Shown here: in pieces, positions 49,469 through 61,000 of the stretch | How positions within the stretch are numbered: position 1 is the first letter of the stretch | How the letters are laid out: each line of letters begins with the position of its first letter | DNA from: Candidatus Velthaea sp. | GTDB lineage: Bacteria; Vulcanimicrobiota; Vulcanimicrobiia; Vulcanimicrobiales; Vulcanimicrobiaceae | Direction: 5' to 3' | Assembly: GCA_050012475.1 (NCBI GenBank) | Contig: JBEKHC010000040.1 | Coordinates: 1-64,000, forward strand | Length of the DNA: 64,000 bases | Notes under the pieces: generated by a model | The model's database searches: none | Seen by the model: only the letters and a program-made list of their open reading frames with translations | What the model was told of the DNA's origin: nothing | Translations under genes and position numbers: made by a program

Positions 49469-50965
49469 GTGAGAGATCGCGTTGCGCTAGTTTTGACGTC
49501 CGTGACCGCCGCCGTCCATCTTGCCGTCGCCAATCGATACGACCTCTTCCGAGACGAGCTGTACTTCATCGTTTGCGGCCGTCAGCCGGCTTTCGGATAC
49601 GCCGATCAGCCGCCGCTCGTTCCGCTGTTCGCGGCCGGAGCGTATGCGCTCGATGGACAAACGTGGGTTGTGCGCTTGCCGGCGGTGGTTGCCGCAGCCG
49701 CCCTCGTATGGCTCGTGATCGCGTTCGTACGCTTACTTGGTGGACGGGATTCGGCTGCGTGGATCGCCGGCAGCGCCGCCGGGTTCGCGCCAATGCTGAT
49801 GGGACTCACCGCGACGCTCAACACGACAACGTTCGAGCCCCTGGCTTGGACCGGCGTCGCCTACGGGCTTGCGCGAGCGGTGCTGGTCGATGACCGGCGT
49901 GCGCTGCTGTGGACCGGCGCCGTTGCCGGTTTGGCCATGGAGGCGAAGTATACACTGCCGTTATGGCTGATCAGTCTTGCGCTTGGTCTGGCAGTGTTCC
50001 CCGAGCGCCGGGTCTTTCGCTCTCGCGAACTGTACCTTGGCCTGGGGATTGCTTTCCTACTGACCGTACCGTCTGTTATCTGGCAATTCATGCACGGGTT
50101 TCCGTTCATCGAACTGGTTGGCAACGCGGGCCGCAAAAATGTCATTGTCACGCCGGTTGCGTTTGCGCTCAACCAGGTCGTCGTCTTCAATTGGCTGTTT
50201 GCGCCGATTTGGCTGGGCGGGCTCATCGCTCCGTTCGTAATGCACGATCTTCGGGGAGCACGCTTCCTGTCGATCGCCTTCGCCCTTTCGGCGCTGGCGA
50301 TCGTCGCCGGACACGGCAAAGACTACTACCTCGCGCCCGCTTATCCGCCGCTGCTCGCGATCGGTGCGGTCGCGATCGAACGGACCGTGCGCAACGCGAG
50401 ACGCCGCGTCCGCTATATCGTCGCCGCGGTCGCAGTCGCGCTGCTCAGCGCGCCGTTCGCACTTCCGATCCTCTCGCCCGAAAGCTTGATCGCGTATCAA
50501 CGCGTCATCCACGTCCGCGTCCATCCGCAGGAGAAGGTTGATGAGGGCGACGCGTTACCGCCGACTTTTGCCGATATGCTCGGCTGGCACGACTTCGTCG
50601 ACGAAGTGGGCGTCGCGTACGACTCGCTGCCGCCCAACGAACGGGCCCGGACCTCGATCCTCGTCGACAATTACGGGGAGGCGGCCGCCCTCGATGTCTA
50701 CGGCATGGCTTACGGGCTCCCCCCGGCGCTGAGCGGTCACAACCAGTACTTCTTCTGGGGCCGGCGAGGCCAAGATCCGGAGAATCTCTTACGCGTTCAG
50801 GCGAATCCGGAACGCTTGCGACCGTATTGCGCGCAGATGCAGGTACTCGGCACGACGCAGTCGCGCTATGCGCGAAGCCTTGAGAATGGGAAAACGATCG
50901 CCTTCTGTCGCGGCGTGCACCCAAGCCTCGCGAAGCTATGGCCAAGCTTGAAAAATTTCATCTAA
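49469..50965 (+). CDS. GT-C glycosyltransferase (family 39/ArnT-like)
   Basis: FRDELYF, FGYADQPPL, GKDYY, NYGEAAA, SGHNQY. Confidence 0.88.
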   Translation: MRDRVALVLTSVTAAVHLAVANRYDLFRDELYFIVCGRQPAFGYADQPPLVPLFAAGAYALDGQTWVVRLPAVVAAAALVWLVIAFVRLLGGRDSAAWIAGSAAGFAPMLMGLTATLNTTTFEPLAWTGVAYGLARAVLVDDRRALLWTGAVAGLAMEAKYTLPLWLISLALGLAVFPERRVFRSRELYLGLGIAFLLTVPSVIWQFMHGFPFIELVGNAGRKNVIVTPVAFALNQVVVFNWLFAPIWLGGLIAPFVMHDLRGARFLSIAFALSALAIVAGHGKDYYLAPAYPPLLAIGAVAIERTVRNARRRVRYIVAAVAVALLSAPFALPILSPESLIAYQRVIHVRVHPQEKVDEGDALPPTFADMLGWHDFVDEVGVAYDSLPPNERARTSILVDNYGEAAALDVYGMAYGLPPALSGHNQYFFWGRRGQDPENLLRVQANPERLRPYCAQMQVLGTTQSRYARSLENGKTIAFCRGVHPSLAKLWPSLKNFI

Positions 50966-51099
50966 CGCGGCGGCAGCAGCGACTCCAAATGGCGGCGCTG
51001 GGCCGGTTCGTTAGGGAGCAACGCCCGCGCCGTCGTTTCGAGCGCGATGCGGCGCGCAACCATGATAGCGAGCTGCTCGGCGGCCGCAGGCGCAACGAT

Positions 51100-51225
51100 C
51101 ACGGATGAGATGACCGCGAGCTGATCGGCGGCATGTGGAGAGCCGATCGGCGATCGGCTGCGTTTGTGAATCCCGGTGCCACAAAGCGCAGCACATCGAT
51201 TTCGCGATCTGTGAGCCCGGCTTCC
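51100..51225 (-). pseudogene. LuxR-type HTH remnant
   Basis: AGLTDREIDVLRFVAPGFTN then frameshift. Confidence 0.6.
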
Positions 51226-51390
51226 GAGCGATCGCCGGATCGGGAGAAAATGGAGAATATTGACTCTTTTTCCACTTTCGCATCAACGGTGCTTTCGCAG
51301 GGAAAGCAGTGACGACCATAGACCGCATCGCGTATGGAATCTCGTTTCGACGAGGATACATGAGTTGATGACGAAAAGAGAGCAGCGGCC

Positions 51391-51974
51391 AAGGTACTCT
51401 TCGTAGAGCATCAGACGCTGGATGGAGTCATGCAGGGGCCCGCACGATCGGACGAAGATCGCCGTGACAGATTCGACGACGGGGGCTGGGCAGAAAATGA
51501 CGATGACGCCTTGATGCAAAAGGTACCGGGCGAACGCATGTGCACCGCGTGGTCGCCCTTGCTGGACGCGTTACCTACGAACACTTTGCCCGGATATGGC
51601 CGAACACGCCCAAGCCGAACCCGTTCACTGACGTCCTCAGCCGCGTTGAAACGTTTGTTGGCTCCAACGCGCTGACGGAACCGTTGCCTTGGCAGAATTC
51701 GCGCTTGCTCAAGGGCGATGTTGCCACAAGGGTCGCCGGGCTAAGGGAGCACCATGCGAACACCCTGGTGATTTTCGGCAGTCGCGTATTGGTACAGTCC
51801 ATCATGCAGGGGAACCTCATCGACGGATGCGTCCTGCAAATCCATCCAGTCGTTCTCGGCAGAGGGCATCGCTTGTTCGTCGATGTGCCGTTCACCAAGC
51901 TCAAGCTGATTGATTCCTTGAACACCGCTACCGGTGTCATCATCGCGACATATCAGCGGAGGGAAACCATTTAG
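51391..51974 (+). pseudogene. DHFR/RibD C-terminal family protein, frameshifted
   Basis: TLDGVMQGP..GGW in one frame; GRVTYE, WQNS, GS..LVQ, PVVLGRGHRLF in another. Confidence 0.85.
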
Positions 51975-52238
51975 CGTTCGGGATCGCGATGCTTACGATA
52001 GTGCGGACCGACGGCCGAGGATCGCGATCGAGCCGGCCAGCTCCAAAGCATAACGTCGGCGCTGCACCCGCTCGACGCAGCTCCAGAACGGCAGTAGCCA
52101 TCGGCTCGCCGGGCGCCCCGAACGCCTATGCGCGCCAGGTTTTGGATCTATCCGCACACCCGCTTCCCGCTCGCAGTCCCGAAAAGCCGTCTATTCGCGC
52201 GTTGGACGCCTCATATTGAATCGACAACCAATGGTTCG

Positions 52239-53462
52239 TCAAGCAGCCTTGCTACTTGCTCCGACACGCCAGCTTTCAACGGGCGTACTCCAGGAAACGA
52301 ACCAGGCCGTCAACTTTTCGAGCAATAGAGCTAAGAGCACACCCGTGACTAACGCAAGCGACGCACCCAGGACGATCTGCTTCGGCGAGTGCAGGTGCCG
52401 CATGAAAAGCAAGATCGTAACTTGGTGCATTAGATACAGCGCATAAGAATGTCGGCCTAACCATTCTAAAATGGGTAGACGAGCGCGCGCGAATGCCGAG
52501 CTGACAAGCACGAAAGCTCCGAAAGAGATCAGTAGCGGAGCAAACACCATCCCGATCCACGTCAGGGCGCCAACATTGCCGATCACAAACGCGGCACCAC
52601 CAGCACATACGACGCGCAAGTCCAGAATGACAGCCTTAAAACGTGCAACGTCGGCGTGGCAAAGGACTGCCAGCCCGAATCCAAAGCCAAATTCCGGCAA
52701 TCGTGTTACGAAGATGGATCCGCGCGACCACTCGTCGATATACTGGCCCGCAAAGCTCCATCCAATACCTCGTATCGTCAACCCAAGTACAACCGCACCC
52801 ACGATCATTTGCGCAGCGCCGAAACGCCGACACGCCCACCATAGTATCGGAACGATTGCATATAACTGCAGCAGCAGCCCGATGTACCACCAGGCCGGAA
52901 CGATTGCGAAATACGTCGAGGGAAGAAACCGGATGCCAATTGCACTCGCTAAGGCTATAATCCACGACACTTTACCGGCTACTACGAGCGGACCGGCGAT
53001 CATCGCGTGTGCAGTGAGCCACATCGGATAGATTCGCCCCAGGCGCCGACTAATATAGGTTCGAAGATCGAAAATCCGGGCTCGGGCGAGTCCCCATCCC
53101 AGGCCGAACCCACTCAAAACTAGGAACAGTCCTAAAAGCTCTTCACTTAACCAACCGATGTCACGGATGGTCGTACCTATAACGCCTGCCATTCCGGGAC
53201 CGGCCGGGGTTAGCAGCTGCGCAAGCTGAAGACCCATCGATGGCCAGCGTTGTTCCGGATTGAAAAAGAACGCGCCACCAAAAACACTTTCTACGAGATG
53301 ATTGTTGAAAACGAGAAGAATCAGTATGCCTTTTGCTATATCGAGTACGCGAAGGTCGTCGGGCGGCGAAATCGATTTCTTTTTACCACCGATGCACGAG
53401 CCGTTTCGTGCCTGACATTTGCGCCGTTCGCGGCGCGGCTTGAAGAAAGCTTCGGTCCTCAC
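52239..53462 (-). CDS. Acyltransferase 3 (OafA-like) membrane protein (start uncertain)
   Basis: LDIAKG, FLVLSGF, RRLGRIYP, WWYIG, GRHSYALYLMH; lower GC. Confidence 0.9.
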   Translation of the reverse strand: MRTEAFFKPRRERRKCQARNGSCIGGKKKSISPPDDLRVLDIAKGILILLVFNNHLVESVFGGAFFFNPEQRWPSMGLQLAQLLTPAGPGMAGVIGTTIRDIGWLSEELLGLFLVLSGFGLGWGLARARIFDLRTYISRRLGRIYPMWLTAHAMIAGPLVVAGKVSWIIALASAIGIRFLPSTYFAIVPAWWYIGLLLQLYAIVPILWWACRRFGAAQMIVGAVVLGLTIRGIGWSFAGQYIDEWSRGSIFVTRLPEFGFGFGLAVLCHADVARFKAVILDLRVVCAGGAAFVIGNVGALTWIGMVFAPLLISFGAFVLVSSAFARARLPILEWLGRHSYALYLMHQVTILLFMRHLHSPKQIVLGASLALVTGVLLALLLEKLTAWFVSWSTPVESWRVGASSKAA

Positions 53463-53973
53463 TTAAACAGCATAAAGAATCTGAAGCGCCGGCTACATAC
53501 ACAAGAGGCCGCTCAGAGCGGGACGTACGGCCCAATTTTTTACTCGAGACGTGGGGACCACTTTGCCCGGCCGGCTCGCGCCGGCATTCACGATGCACCA
53601 TCACGCATTCCGCGCGGGGAGACCACGCCAGACCTTTGCCGTCCCTGCATTGCTCCGTTCGTCTCGCCAAGCCGGATGTGAGTCCGACTTTCATCGCTCT
53701 TGCCTGAGAGCGTCTCCGGCGACGACGCTCCTCACTTCTTTCACCGCTCGAAACCGGCGCATGCCGCGCGCAAGTGTCCCGCTTCGGCCATGCTCGGGCG
53801 GTACCGGTACGCGCGCCGAGCCACGATATCACCAGACTCGGTAGCCGTCGGGCGCATAAGCACTGCCGGCTCCCGTAGAAGCTTTTCCGCTGGCTTGCCT
53901 CGACATTATCGTTCCGACTCTTGACGTGGTCGACACCTTCCGAGTGCGCACAAAGCGCACGACAGGCTAACGC

Positions 53974-54011
53974 CACCTGAATCCAACGTCACCTGAAATC
54001 CAACGACACCT
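53974..54011 (+). repeat. Short tandem repeat, ~2.3 x 16-17 bp
   Basis: CACCTGAATCCAACGT CACCTGAAATCCAACGA CACCT. Confidence 0.7.
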
Positions 54012-54174
54012 CGCATCCACGTTGATCTGCGCGGGATACCAGAAACCTACATGGGCAGGTCCGGCGCTGACAGGCGCTGGACGGCATCAGCGGCTTCGCG
54101 GTCAAAGCGACCTCGTCGACGGAGCAAACGGTGAATCTCGAACGCGAACCCGTGCGGGCTCGCGTTCGGCGCCT

Positions 54175-54660
54175 TCAATGCGCACAGTGAACCGCCACCC
54201 CTTCGGGGATGTTGAGCCCCGTAATCGTCGGGGTCGTTTGCGTTCCGTCGGGATTATACGTCGTCAGCGTGTTGTTGGCCGAGTTCGCGACATAAATCTT
54301 TCCTGCGCTGTCGACCGCGATGCCCCATGGTTCGTCGAGCCCGGCGGTGATCGTGGGTGTCGTTTGCGTCCCGTCGGGTTTGTAGGTCGTCACGCTGTTG
54401 CCGAAGATGTTCGTGACGTAAATCTTTCCGGCAGCGTCAAGCGCGACGCCGATCGGGCCGTCGAGGCCGGCCGAAATCAGCGGCGTGGACGGCACGCCGG
54501 CCGCGGTAAAGGACGAGACCGTCCCGCCGCCTGCCACGAAGATCTTACCGCCTCGACCAACGGCGATGCCTTGCGGTCCGAACAAGGCGATCGTCGGACT
54601 CGCCGGCTTTCCGGCCGCATTGTACGTCAGCACCTTGCCGTCGGACTGCGTTTTCCCGAC
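54175..54660 (-). pseudogene. NHL-repeat protein, C-terminal fragment
   Basis: About four repeats (PxGIAVDxxGKIYVxN...TTYxPDG); no credible N-terminus. Confidence 0.75.
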
Positions 54661-54779
54661 GGTCCCCGCAAACGGATCTGCGTTGATGTCGAAAAAAGAA
54701 CACAGCCTCAAGCGTGCGAGACCAATCGGCGCGCAGATCGGCACTTCTTCTCTCCTCGGAATGCGGCCGGTCGCGATAC

Positions 54780-54930
54780 GCTGAAATCCGCCTCGGCGAT
54801 ACTCGCGCGCAACCGTTTCGCGCGTTCAATGGCACGCGCTTTTCGGTCCCGGCAAGTAGGACACAGACCTCATCACACCCATCGCGCGCGACAAACTCCG
54901 CATCGACGTCGTCGAAGGCAACAGTGGAAA
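54780..54930 (-). pseudogene. GGDEF domain remnant
   Basis: FVARDGCDEVCVLLAGT / AIERAKRLRASIAE. Confidence 0.5.
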
Positions 54931-55122
54931 CGCGCTGATCACGGGGCGTTCTTCGCCGCTGTCGGCGCTTGCGGGCGCTCAGGAGTTGAACCCGACGGTG
55001 CGGAATGGATCGTTGTGACTCCTCCAAATCGGCTTTCGGTTGTTCAACGCTCTGCCCTGGCGTGCTACAGCTGACGATAGAACGGCTATAGTTCAAGCTC
55101 ACGGCTGATCGAGTAGGTAGCG

Positions 55123-55920
55123 ATGTCCCTCAGCGGTGCCCAAATCTCAGATTACCTTTATCGTCTACGGATGGATGTTCCGGAGCGAGCCGATTTTGAA
55201 TCGCTCCTTCAGCTGCAGCGAAACCACCTCTTACACGTGCCGTTCGAGAACCTGGACATCCAACGCGGCCGCGCGATTGCACTCGATATTCCGGCGTTGT
55301 TCAAAAAAATTGTAACTCTCGGGCGCGGCGGGTTCTGCTACGAATTGAACGGGCTTTTCGCGCAACTATTGTCAGGCCTAGGCTTTCGCGCAACGCTGCT
55401 TTCTGCTGAGGTAGCCACTGCCAACGGCACATTTGGACCGCCGTTCGACCATCTGCTTCTGCGCGTCGATCTGGTGAGCTCTTATATCGTTGACGTCGGG
55501 TTCGGTGACGCGTTTTCCGAACCGCTCGAACTCGTCGCCGATGTCGAGCAGTCCCAGGGGCAAAAGATATTCAGGCTTCTTCGTCGAGAAGGCCGTTGGG
55601 AGCTGCATTCCCGCCTTGGCTCCCTTGGCTCGTCAGCCTGGAAAGCCGAATACCGGTTCACGCTCAGTGCGCGTGAGCTTGAGTCATTTGCAGCGATGTG
55701 CCAATATCACCAAACGTCGGCGAGCAGCCACTTCACACAAGCCCGAATATGCACGATCGAAACGCATGAGGGCCGACTGACGGTGAGCGGAAATCGCTTT
55801 ATTGAGAGAGTGAATGGCATTCGATCAGAGCGCGAGATCCGAGACGAAGCTGAGCTGGAATGGTTGCTCAAGGAGCACTTTGGCATCTGCCGAGCTGGCG
55901 ACGACGTTGCGTCTGAGTAA
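55123..55920 (+). CDS. nat: Arylamine N-acetyltransferase
   Basis: VPFENLD, RGGFCYELN, DHL, VDVGFG (Cys-His-Asp). Confidence 0.93.
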   Translation: MSLSGAQISDYLYRLRMDVPERADFESLLQLQRNHLLHVPFENLDIQRGRAIALDIPALFKKIVTLGRGGFCYELNGLFAQLLSGLGFRATLLSAEVATANGTFGPPFDHLLLRVDLVSSYIVDVGFGDAFSEPLELVADVEQSQGQKIFRLLRREGRWELHSRLGSLGSSAWKAEYRFTLSARELESFAAMCQYHQTSASSHFTQARICTIETHEGRLTVSGNRFIERVNGIRSEREIRDEAELEWLLKEHFGICRAGDDVASE

Positions 55921-56350
55921 GGCTGATCTGCGAATCTCAAGACGCGGACGCCGCGCACGCTCGACGCTCCGTTCCGCATCGCCAGCATCACCAAACCATT
56001 TGCGGCGACGGCGATCTTGATCTTGATCGACCGCGGCCTGCTGCGCAAGACCGACCGGATTGCGCGCTGGTATCCGTATTTCCCCAATGCCGGCCGAATC
56101 ACGATTGACGATCTGGGCATGCGCAGCGGCATTCCAGCTCCCCAACGACGACGAAGTACTGGCACGCGTCTACGACGCGCCGCTGGCGGCGGGCCCGTCA
56201 CTAGCAGACGAACTCAACGCGGTCGCCAAGCTCAAAGCGCAGTTCAAACCGCCCGACACCGAGGGCGTCTACACCGAACCAGTCTACGCGCTGGTGGGCA
56301 AAACCGTGCTCGCGGAACTCGGCCGCGCCGCCGGCTCGCGGCCAAAGCGG
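55921..56350 (+). pseudogene. Serine hydrolase (beta-lactamase-like) fragment
   Basis: FRIASITK (SxxK), ITIDDL.GMRSGIP, then frameshift; no start. Confidence 0.75.
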
Positions 56351-56903
56351 TAGCGACAGCCGATTCGGCGCTGCGTTCGCAGTCTGCCTTCCGTTGGTCC
56401 TTGCAGCGCTCGTGCCGAGCGCTCTGGCCGCAAGCGTGAGGTCCGGTGGATCCTCGATACAGACGGATCCCCACCGCCTCGGCGCAGACACGCGCGGCAA
56501 TCGGAACAACGCGTATCACCAGTGACGGATCTTCTTTCACCACGTCGACCAGATCCGTAATCGAAGGCAAAACCGTTGCCCGCCGTTTTCTTGTTGCGAC
56601 CCGTCGCCCAGGTCTAATTGTGCGCCTACCCTGCGGCCGCCTCGGCCAACCACCGCTTCATTCCGCCGCCCATGAAAAGGAGCTCCGTGCGGTCCGTCTC
56701 GTGGAACCTAAGGCCGATAGATGCTTTCGACCGTACTAACATCTCGAGTGTCAAACATGTTAGCAGGCGTCAGACTTTTTCCGCACGTTTGTGCCGGCCT
56801 GCCGAACCAGCTATCATCTGAGCCAGGATCGTGCCCGTCTAGGTGACGAGACGCAGTACTCGTAAGAAGTACCGGCAACCGATCGAAGTGCGGAGGAGTT
56901 CAC

Positions 56904-57395
56904 ATGAACTTGCCACCGATGACACCCGGACAATTCTTGCCCTACAAAACCCTCAAACAGATCCTGGCAGCGAAACCGCCCGGGGTGTATTCCGTTGCTC
57001 CCGATACTCCGATTTTCTCGGCATTGCAATTGATGGCCGACAAAGATGTCGGCGCCTTGGTCGTGCTGGAAGCGGCAAAGGTGGTGGGCATGTTCTCGGA
57101 ACGGGATTATGCCAGAAAATTGGTGTTGGCCGGGAAAACCTCTCGGGACACGCCCGTGCGCGAGATCATGACGGCCGACGTCGTGTGCGTCGATCCTGGA
57201 CAGGATGTTCCTCAATGCATGGCGCTGATGACGGAACGGCATATCCGTCACTTGCCCGTGTTGGAAGCTGCGCGACTGATCGGTTTGTTGTCGATCGGCG
57301 ATCTTGTGAAGGAAGTCGTTTCTCACCACGAGCGACTCATCCACACGCTGGCGACAGAACGAATCGCACTCTTCAATCAGCCAAGCGGTTATTGA
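56904..57395 (+). CDS. CBS-pair protein
   Basis: VGMFSERDYARK, VREIMT, IRHLPV, SIGDLVK; GGAGG RBS. Confidence 0.93.
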   Translation: MNLPPMTPGQFLPYKTLKQILAAKPPGVYSVAPDTPIFSALQLMADKDVGALVVLEAAKVVGMFSERDYARKLVLAGKTSRDTPVREIMTADVVCVDPGQDVPQCMALMTERHIRHLPVLEAARLIGLLSIGDLVKEVVSHHERLIHTLATERIALFNQPSGY

Positions 57396-57646
57396 TCCGC
57401 CGTCCAACGCATTCAATATTTGGCAAGTGAAGAGAGATCGCCCTTTCAGATACGGCGCCGTCTGAACCTCTAGCTCGTTGGCGAGATCGCCCCATGATCA
57501 ACGGCGAAGCCGAAAACCTGGCGGCCTGGCGTCGTCGCCGTAAACGCCTAAGGTTAAAGCGCCTGTGCGAACAGACTGACTTGTGGGCCCATCAAGCTCT
57601 GGGAACGTCCAGAAATATTTTTCGTCAGGACTGCGGCCTTTGCTGC

Positions 57647-57774
57647 TCCGAGGTGGTCGCGCATGCGCCGCCATCGGTTTGCATGCGGCGCCAGCGGTTT
57701 GCATGCGATCCGAGGTGTCGCGCATGCGCCGCCATCGGTTTGCATGCGGCGCGAGCGGTTTGCATGCGGCTCCG
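57647..57774. repeat. Nested tandem repeat: 2 x ~62 bp, each 3 x ~20 bp
   Basis: GCATGCG at 57661, 57681, 57701, 57722, 57742, 57762. Confidence 0.92.
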
Positions 57775-58231
57775 TTCAAATGCGCTGCCAATAACAACGT
57801 CGCGATTTCGACATTGCGCGAGACTGCCGCCTCGAACGTTGCGCTCGACGACGCTGCAGGGCGCATACTTGCCCGTTCACGCCGTTAGCGATGACTCGCC
57901 GTCTTGCGCGCCAAGATGGACATAACCACGACGTAATCTCTCCCGGAACGCACCGCCCCGTGACCAAGCGGCGTACGACGAAGCCGGCCTGCCTCGGCCA
58001 TCGCTGTGACGCCGCAACGTTAAGAACTCGGACGGCATTCCTATTGCTCGCTGTACACGCGCGGCGAACCGAGGGTTGCTCCGCAACCACCGTTCGACGA
58101 GCCGCGCGGCGCTCTCGGACTTTGCGGGCTGATTAGCGACACCTCGCCGGGCAGACGCCGGTAAGAGTCCCGTCAGCAGTGACCGAGCGACGATTCGGCA
58201 TCGAACTGCAAAGACACGACAATTGTAGCCC

Positions 58232-58258
58232 TAACGTGTTCGAACCGCTGGCCGAATA
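58232..58258 (+). promoter_or_regulatory. Sigma28 (FliA)-like promoter
   Basis: TAAC-N15-GCCGAATA versus consensus TAAA-N15-GCCGATAA, upstream of an MCP. Confidence 0.55.
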
Positions 58259-58309
58259 CCTTGATGAGAGCGCTCGGCCTCATACCGTATCTGGAGTGGA
58301 AAACGAATC

Positions 58310-60397
58310 GTGCACCTGCCATGGCGATGGAAGCTTAGTAATTGGCCAATCGCCGGCCAATTTGTTGCTACCGGCGGTGTAGCGCTCGTGATCCTCAGCT
58401 GCGCCCTCTGCTTCGTGGTCGATCGGAGCGTGCGAGCGTCCATCTTCGAGCAGATCCAGACGCGCACGACTGCCGTCGGAGCCATGCTGCGCGCAGAGAT
58501 TGAGGCCAAAGGACCTGCGGAACTCGGTTCCGACGGCAGGCTTCGATTCGGTACTTGGACCGCAAACGGTGCAGACACCTTGCTCGATGAGGCACGGAGG
58601 CACTCGGGCGTTCAAGCGTCTGTATTTGCCTTGATCGGTGACAAACCCATTCGGATCGCGACAACCGTCGTCAAGCCGGACGGTACGCGGGGATTGGGGA
58701 CCGAACTAGGCGGCCCCGCGCGTAAAGCGTTTGAAGAAGGCCGCGACTATGACGGCTTGACATCGCTACCCGACGGTTCGTGGGTCATCGGCCATTACGA
58801 AATCGTGCGCGACCGGTCAGGGCGAGTGATTGGGAGCATTGCCGTTGCATTCCCAGGTGCTGACGTGGAAGCAACCTCCGAACGTTTGCTCATACCATTC
58901 TTTCTCACGGCATTCACGTTCATGGCAGGCGCGTTAACGCTACTGGCGCTCGGCGTCCGACCGATTAGCCGTCGCCTGCGGACGGCGACGGCAAACATCG
59001 ACGCAGTCGTCGACCGTGACTTTGCCGACCTCGGCAAAGCGCTTGGCTTGCTGGCCGAGGCGGATCTGACTGTTCGACTCATGCCTTGCGAGAGACCGGC
59101 TCTGCCGGTCGAAGGTAAGGACGAGATTGCAAAACTGAGCCGATCGTGCAACGCGTTAGCCCAATCTATTGCAGCGCTCGGCGCACAATTCAATTGCACG
59201 CTCGAACGCCTGCATTCCACGATACACTCGGTTGCGGAAAGCGCCCGCAGCGTTGCGGAGGCGAGCACCGATGTTCGCCAGGCAACGGGGGATTCGCGAG
59301 AGGCAATCGACCAAATCTCGAAAGCCGCGGAGCGGGCCGCCCACGGTGCGCGTGAGCAATCCGACCGTGTCGATGATGTCAGCAACGCCATTGAAGAGCT
59401 TGCGCGCACGTCTCGCCAAATTTCCTCCGGCGCTACAGAGCAAGCAAACGCGTTGGTTCAAGTTGCTGCCGCCGTCAATCAGCTCGACGCCGACATTCTC
59501 TCAACCGCCACCGTCGCCGAGGAACTCGCCGCCAGTGCCCGTGGGGCTCGTTCGCAGACCGCCAATGGCACTACTGCGGTTACCGAGACGCGCCAGGCAA
59601 TGCACAGCATTCGCACTGAGGCCGAAGCCGCAGTGACGGCCATGCACGTTCTGGCCGAGCGTTCGAACGCAGTCGAGGAGATCATCACAACGATCGAAGA
59701 GATCTCCGAACAGACGAATCTCCTCGCGCTCAACGCTGCAATCGAGGCAGCGCGGGCCGGCGAGCACGGCCGAGGGTTTGCGGTTGTTGCCGACGAGGTC
59801 CGTAAACTCGCTGAGCGGGCGGCGGCCTCGACGCGCGAGATCGGCAAGATTTTATCCGCCATACGGACGCAAATCGTCGCGGCGCAAACCGCGATGGCCA
59901 CGTCGGCAGAAGCCACCGCAGATGGCCTTCGACTCGCGGAGTCGGCGTCGTCCGCACTAGTTTCGCTAGAGACTTCCGCCGATAAGCAGCAATCCGAAGT
60001 CGCATCCATGACCGAGCGGGCTAACGCCATGCGCGCGACCAGCGTCGTACTGACCGAACGGGTCTCCGCGATCATGGTTGTGGTCCGCGCAAACGAGACC
60101 GCCGCATCCGTGATGAACGGTAGCACTGGGCTGGTGACCACGGCCGTCACTGCCCTTGCGCGCAGCGCGCAGGACCGCATGGGCATAGCTCAGGAGTTGT
60201 CGGCCTCCGCAGCCAACATCGCTGCGGAAGTTACCCAGATTGCGAACGTCGCAGAGACGCTCAACGAAGAGGGCACGACCCTCAGCGAAACGGTACGGAT
60301 ATTCCGGATCGACGACCAAGCAGCGCGATCGAGCCGACCAACACGGAGCACAACATCGGTCCTGCACCCGCTCTCCGCAGCCGCAGCACGACACTAA
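58310..60397 (+). CDS. Methyl-accepting chemotaxis protein with Cache sensor
   Basis: 2 [16 protein letters not shown] Cache motif, HAMP (KDEIAKL), [31 protein letters not shown]. Confidence 0.95.
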   Translation: MHLPWRWKLSNWPIAGQFVATGGVALVILSCALCFVVDRSVRASIFEQIQTRTTAVGAMLRAEIEAKGPAELGSDGRLRFGTWTANGADTLLDEARRHSGVQASVFALIGDKPIRIATTVVKPDGTRGLGTELGGPARKAFEEGRDYDGLTSLPDGSWVIGHYEIVRDRSGRVIGSIAVAFPGADVEATSERLLIPFFLTAFTFMAGALTLLALGVRPISRRLRTATANIDAVVDRDFADLGKALGLLAEADLTVRLMPCERPALPVEGKDEIAKLSRSCNALAQSIAALGAQFNCTLERLHSTIHSVAESARSVAEASTDVRQATGDSREAIDQISKAAERAAHGAREQSDRVDDVSNAIEELARTSRQISSGATEQANALVQVAAAVNQLDADILSTATVAEELAASARGARSQTANGTTAVTETRQAMHSIRTEAEAAVTAMHVLAERSNAVEEIITTIEEISEQTNLLALNAAIEAARAGEHGRGFAVVADEVRKLAERAAASTREIGKILSAIRTQIVAAQTAMATSAEATADGLRLAESASSALVSLETSADKQQSEVASMTERANAMRATSVVLTERVSAIMVVVRANETAASVMNGSTGLVTTAVTALARSAQDRMGIAQELSASAANIAAEVTQIANVAETLNEEGTTLSETVRIFRIDDQAARSSRPTRSTTSVLHPLSAAAARH

Positions 60398-60551
60398 CGA
60401 TCGGCTCGCGCCGAATCGCTTTTACCCTCGGTCGCATTGCGCTTCCACGGCGCGCCACGCTGTACGCGGTGCCCGGTATTGGATTATCCGCAAGGCCCTC
60501 ATCGATCCAGCGTGGCGATATGAAGATTCACGTTTTGCAGGCAAGCCCCGA

Positions 60552-60953
60552 TCAAACGGGTTCCACAGCCGTGTGTTCCCGATCGTATCTGTCACGCGCC
60601 GCATAGATTGCCTCGCGTTGCGCACGTGACCATTCCGTTAGGGCATGGAGCTGGACGTCAAGCCCACGACCGACTTCCGTAAGCCCGTAGTGGATCATGG
60701 ATCCGACCCGGCCGTCTGCGCGCCTTGAGATGAGCCCGTCTCGCTCGAGGCCGCGCAAGGTGAGCGTCAACATGCGCCGGCTGATTCCGGGGATGCGCCG
60801 ATCGATCTCGGCAAAATGGCACGGGCCATTCCCGAGCGCCATGATGATATCGAGCGTCCAGCGGCCACCAATGCGCCCAAGAATTTGCCGAATCGGACAC
60901 TTGATCTCATCGGAATCCGGATCATCCCGCTTGCTCCGACCTCGGGGTAACAT
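60552..60953 (-). CDS. HxlR family regulator
   Basis: CP...LGRIGGRW, ISRRMLTLTLRGLERDG, YGLT. Confidence 0.92.
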   Translation of the reverse strand: MLPRGRSKRDDPDSDEIKCPIRQILGRIGGRWTLDIIMALGNGPCHFAEIDRRIPGISRRMLTLTLRGLERDGLISRRADGRVGSMIHYGLTEVGRGLDVQLHALTEWSRAQREAIYAARDRYDREHTAVEPV

Positions 60954-61000
60954 CGATGTGCCTTCTTTCCTCCGCGTACGGTTTTGGGCAATATAACAGC

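Noticed and set aside
56380..56640. PIN/VapC remnant on the minus strand
   Set aside because: Only weak fragments (VVPIAARV; EDPPDLTLAARAL) in different frames; too little to call.
57647..57774. CRISPR array
   Set aside because: Intervening sequences are short and themselves repeated; no cas genes in the window.
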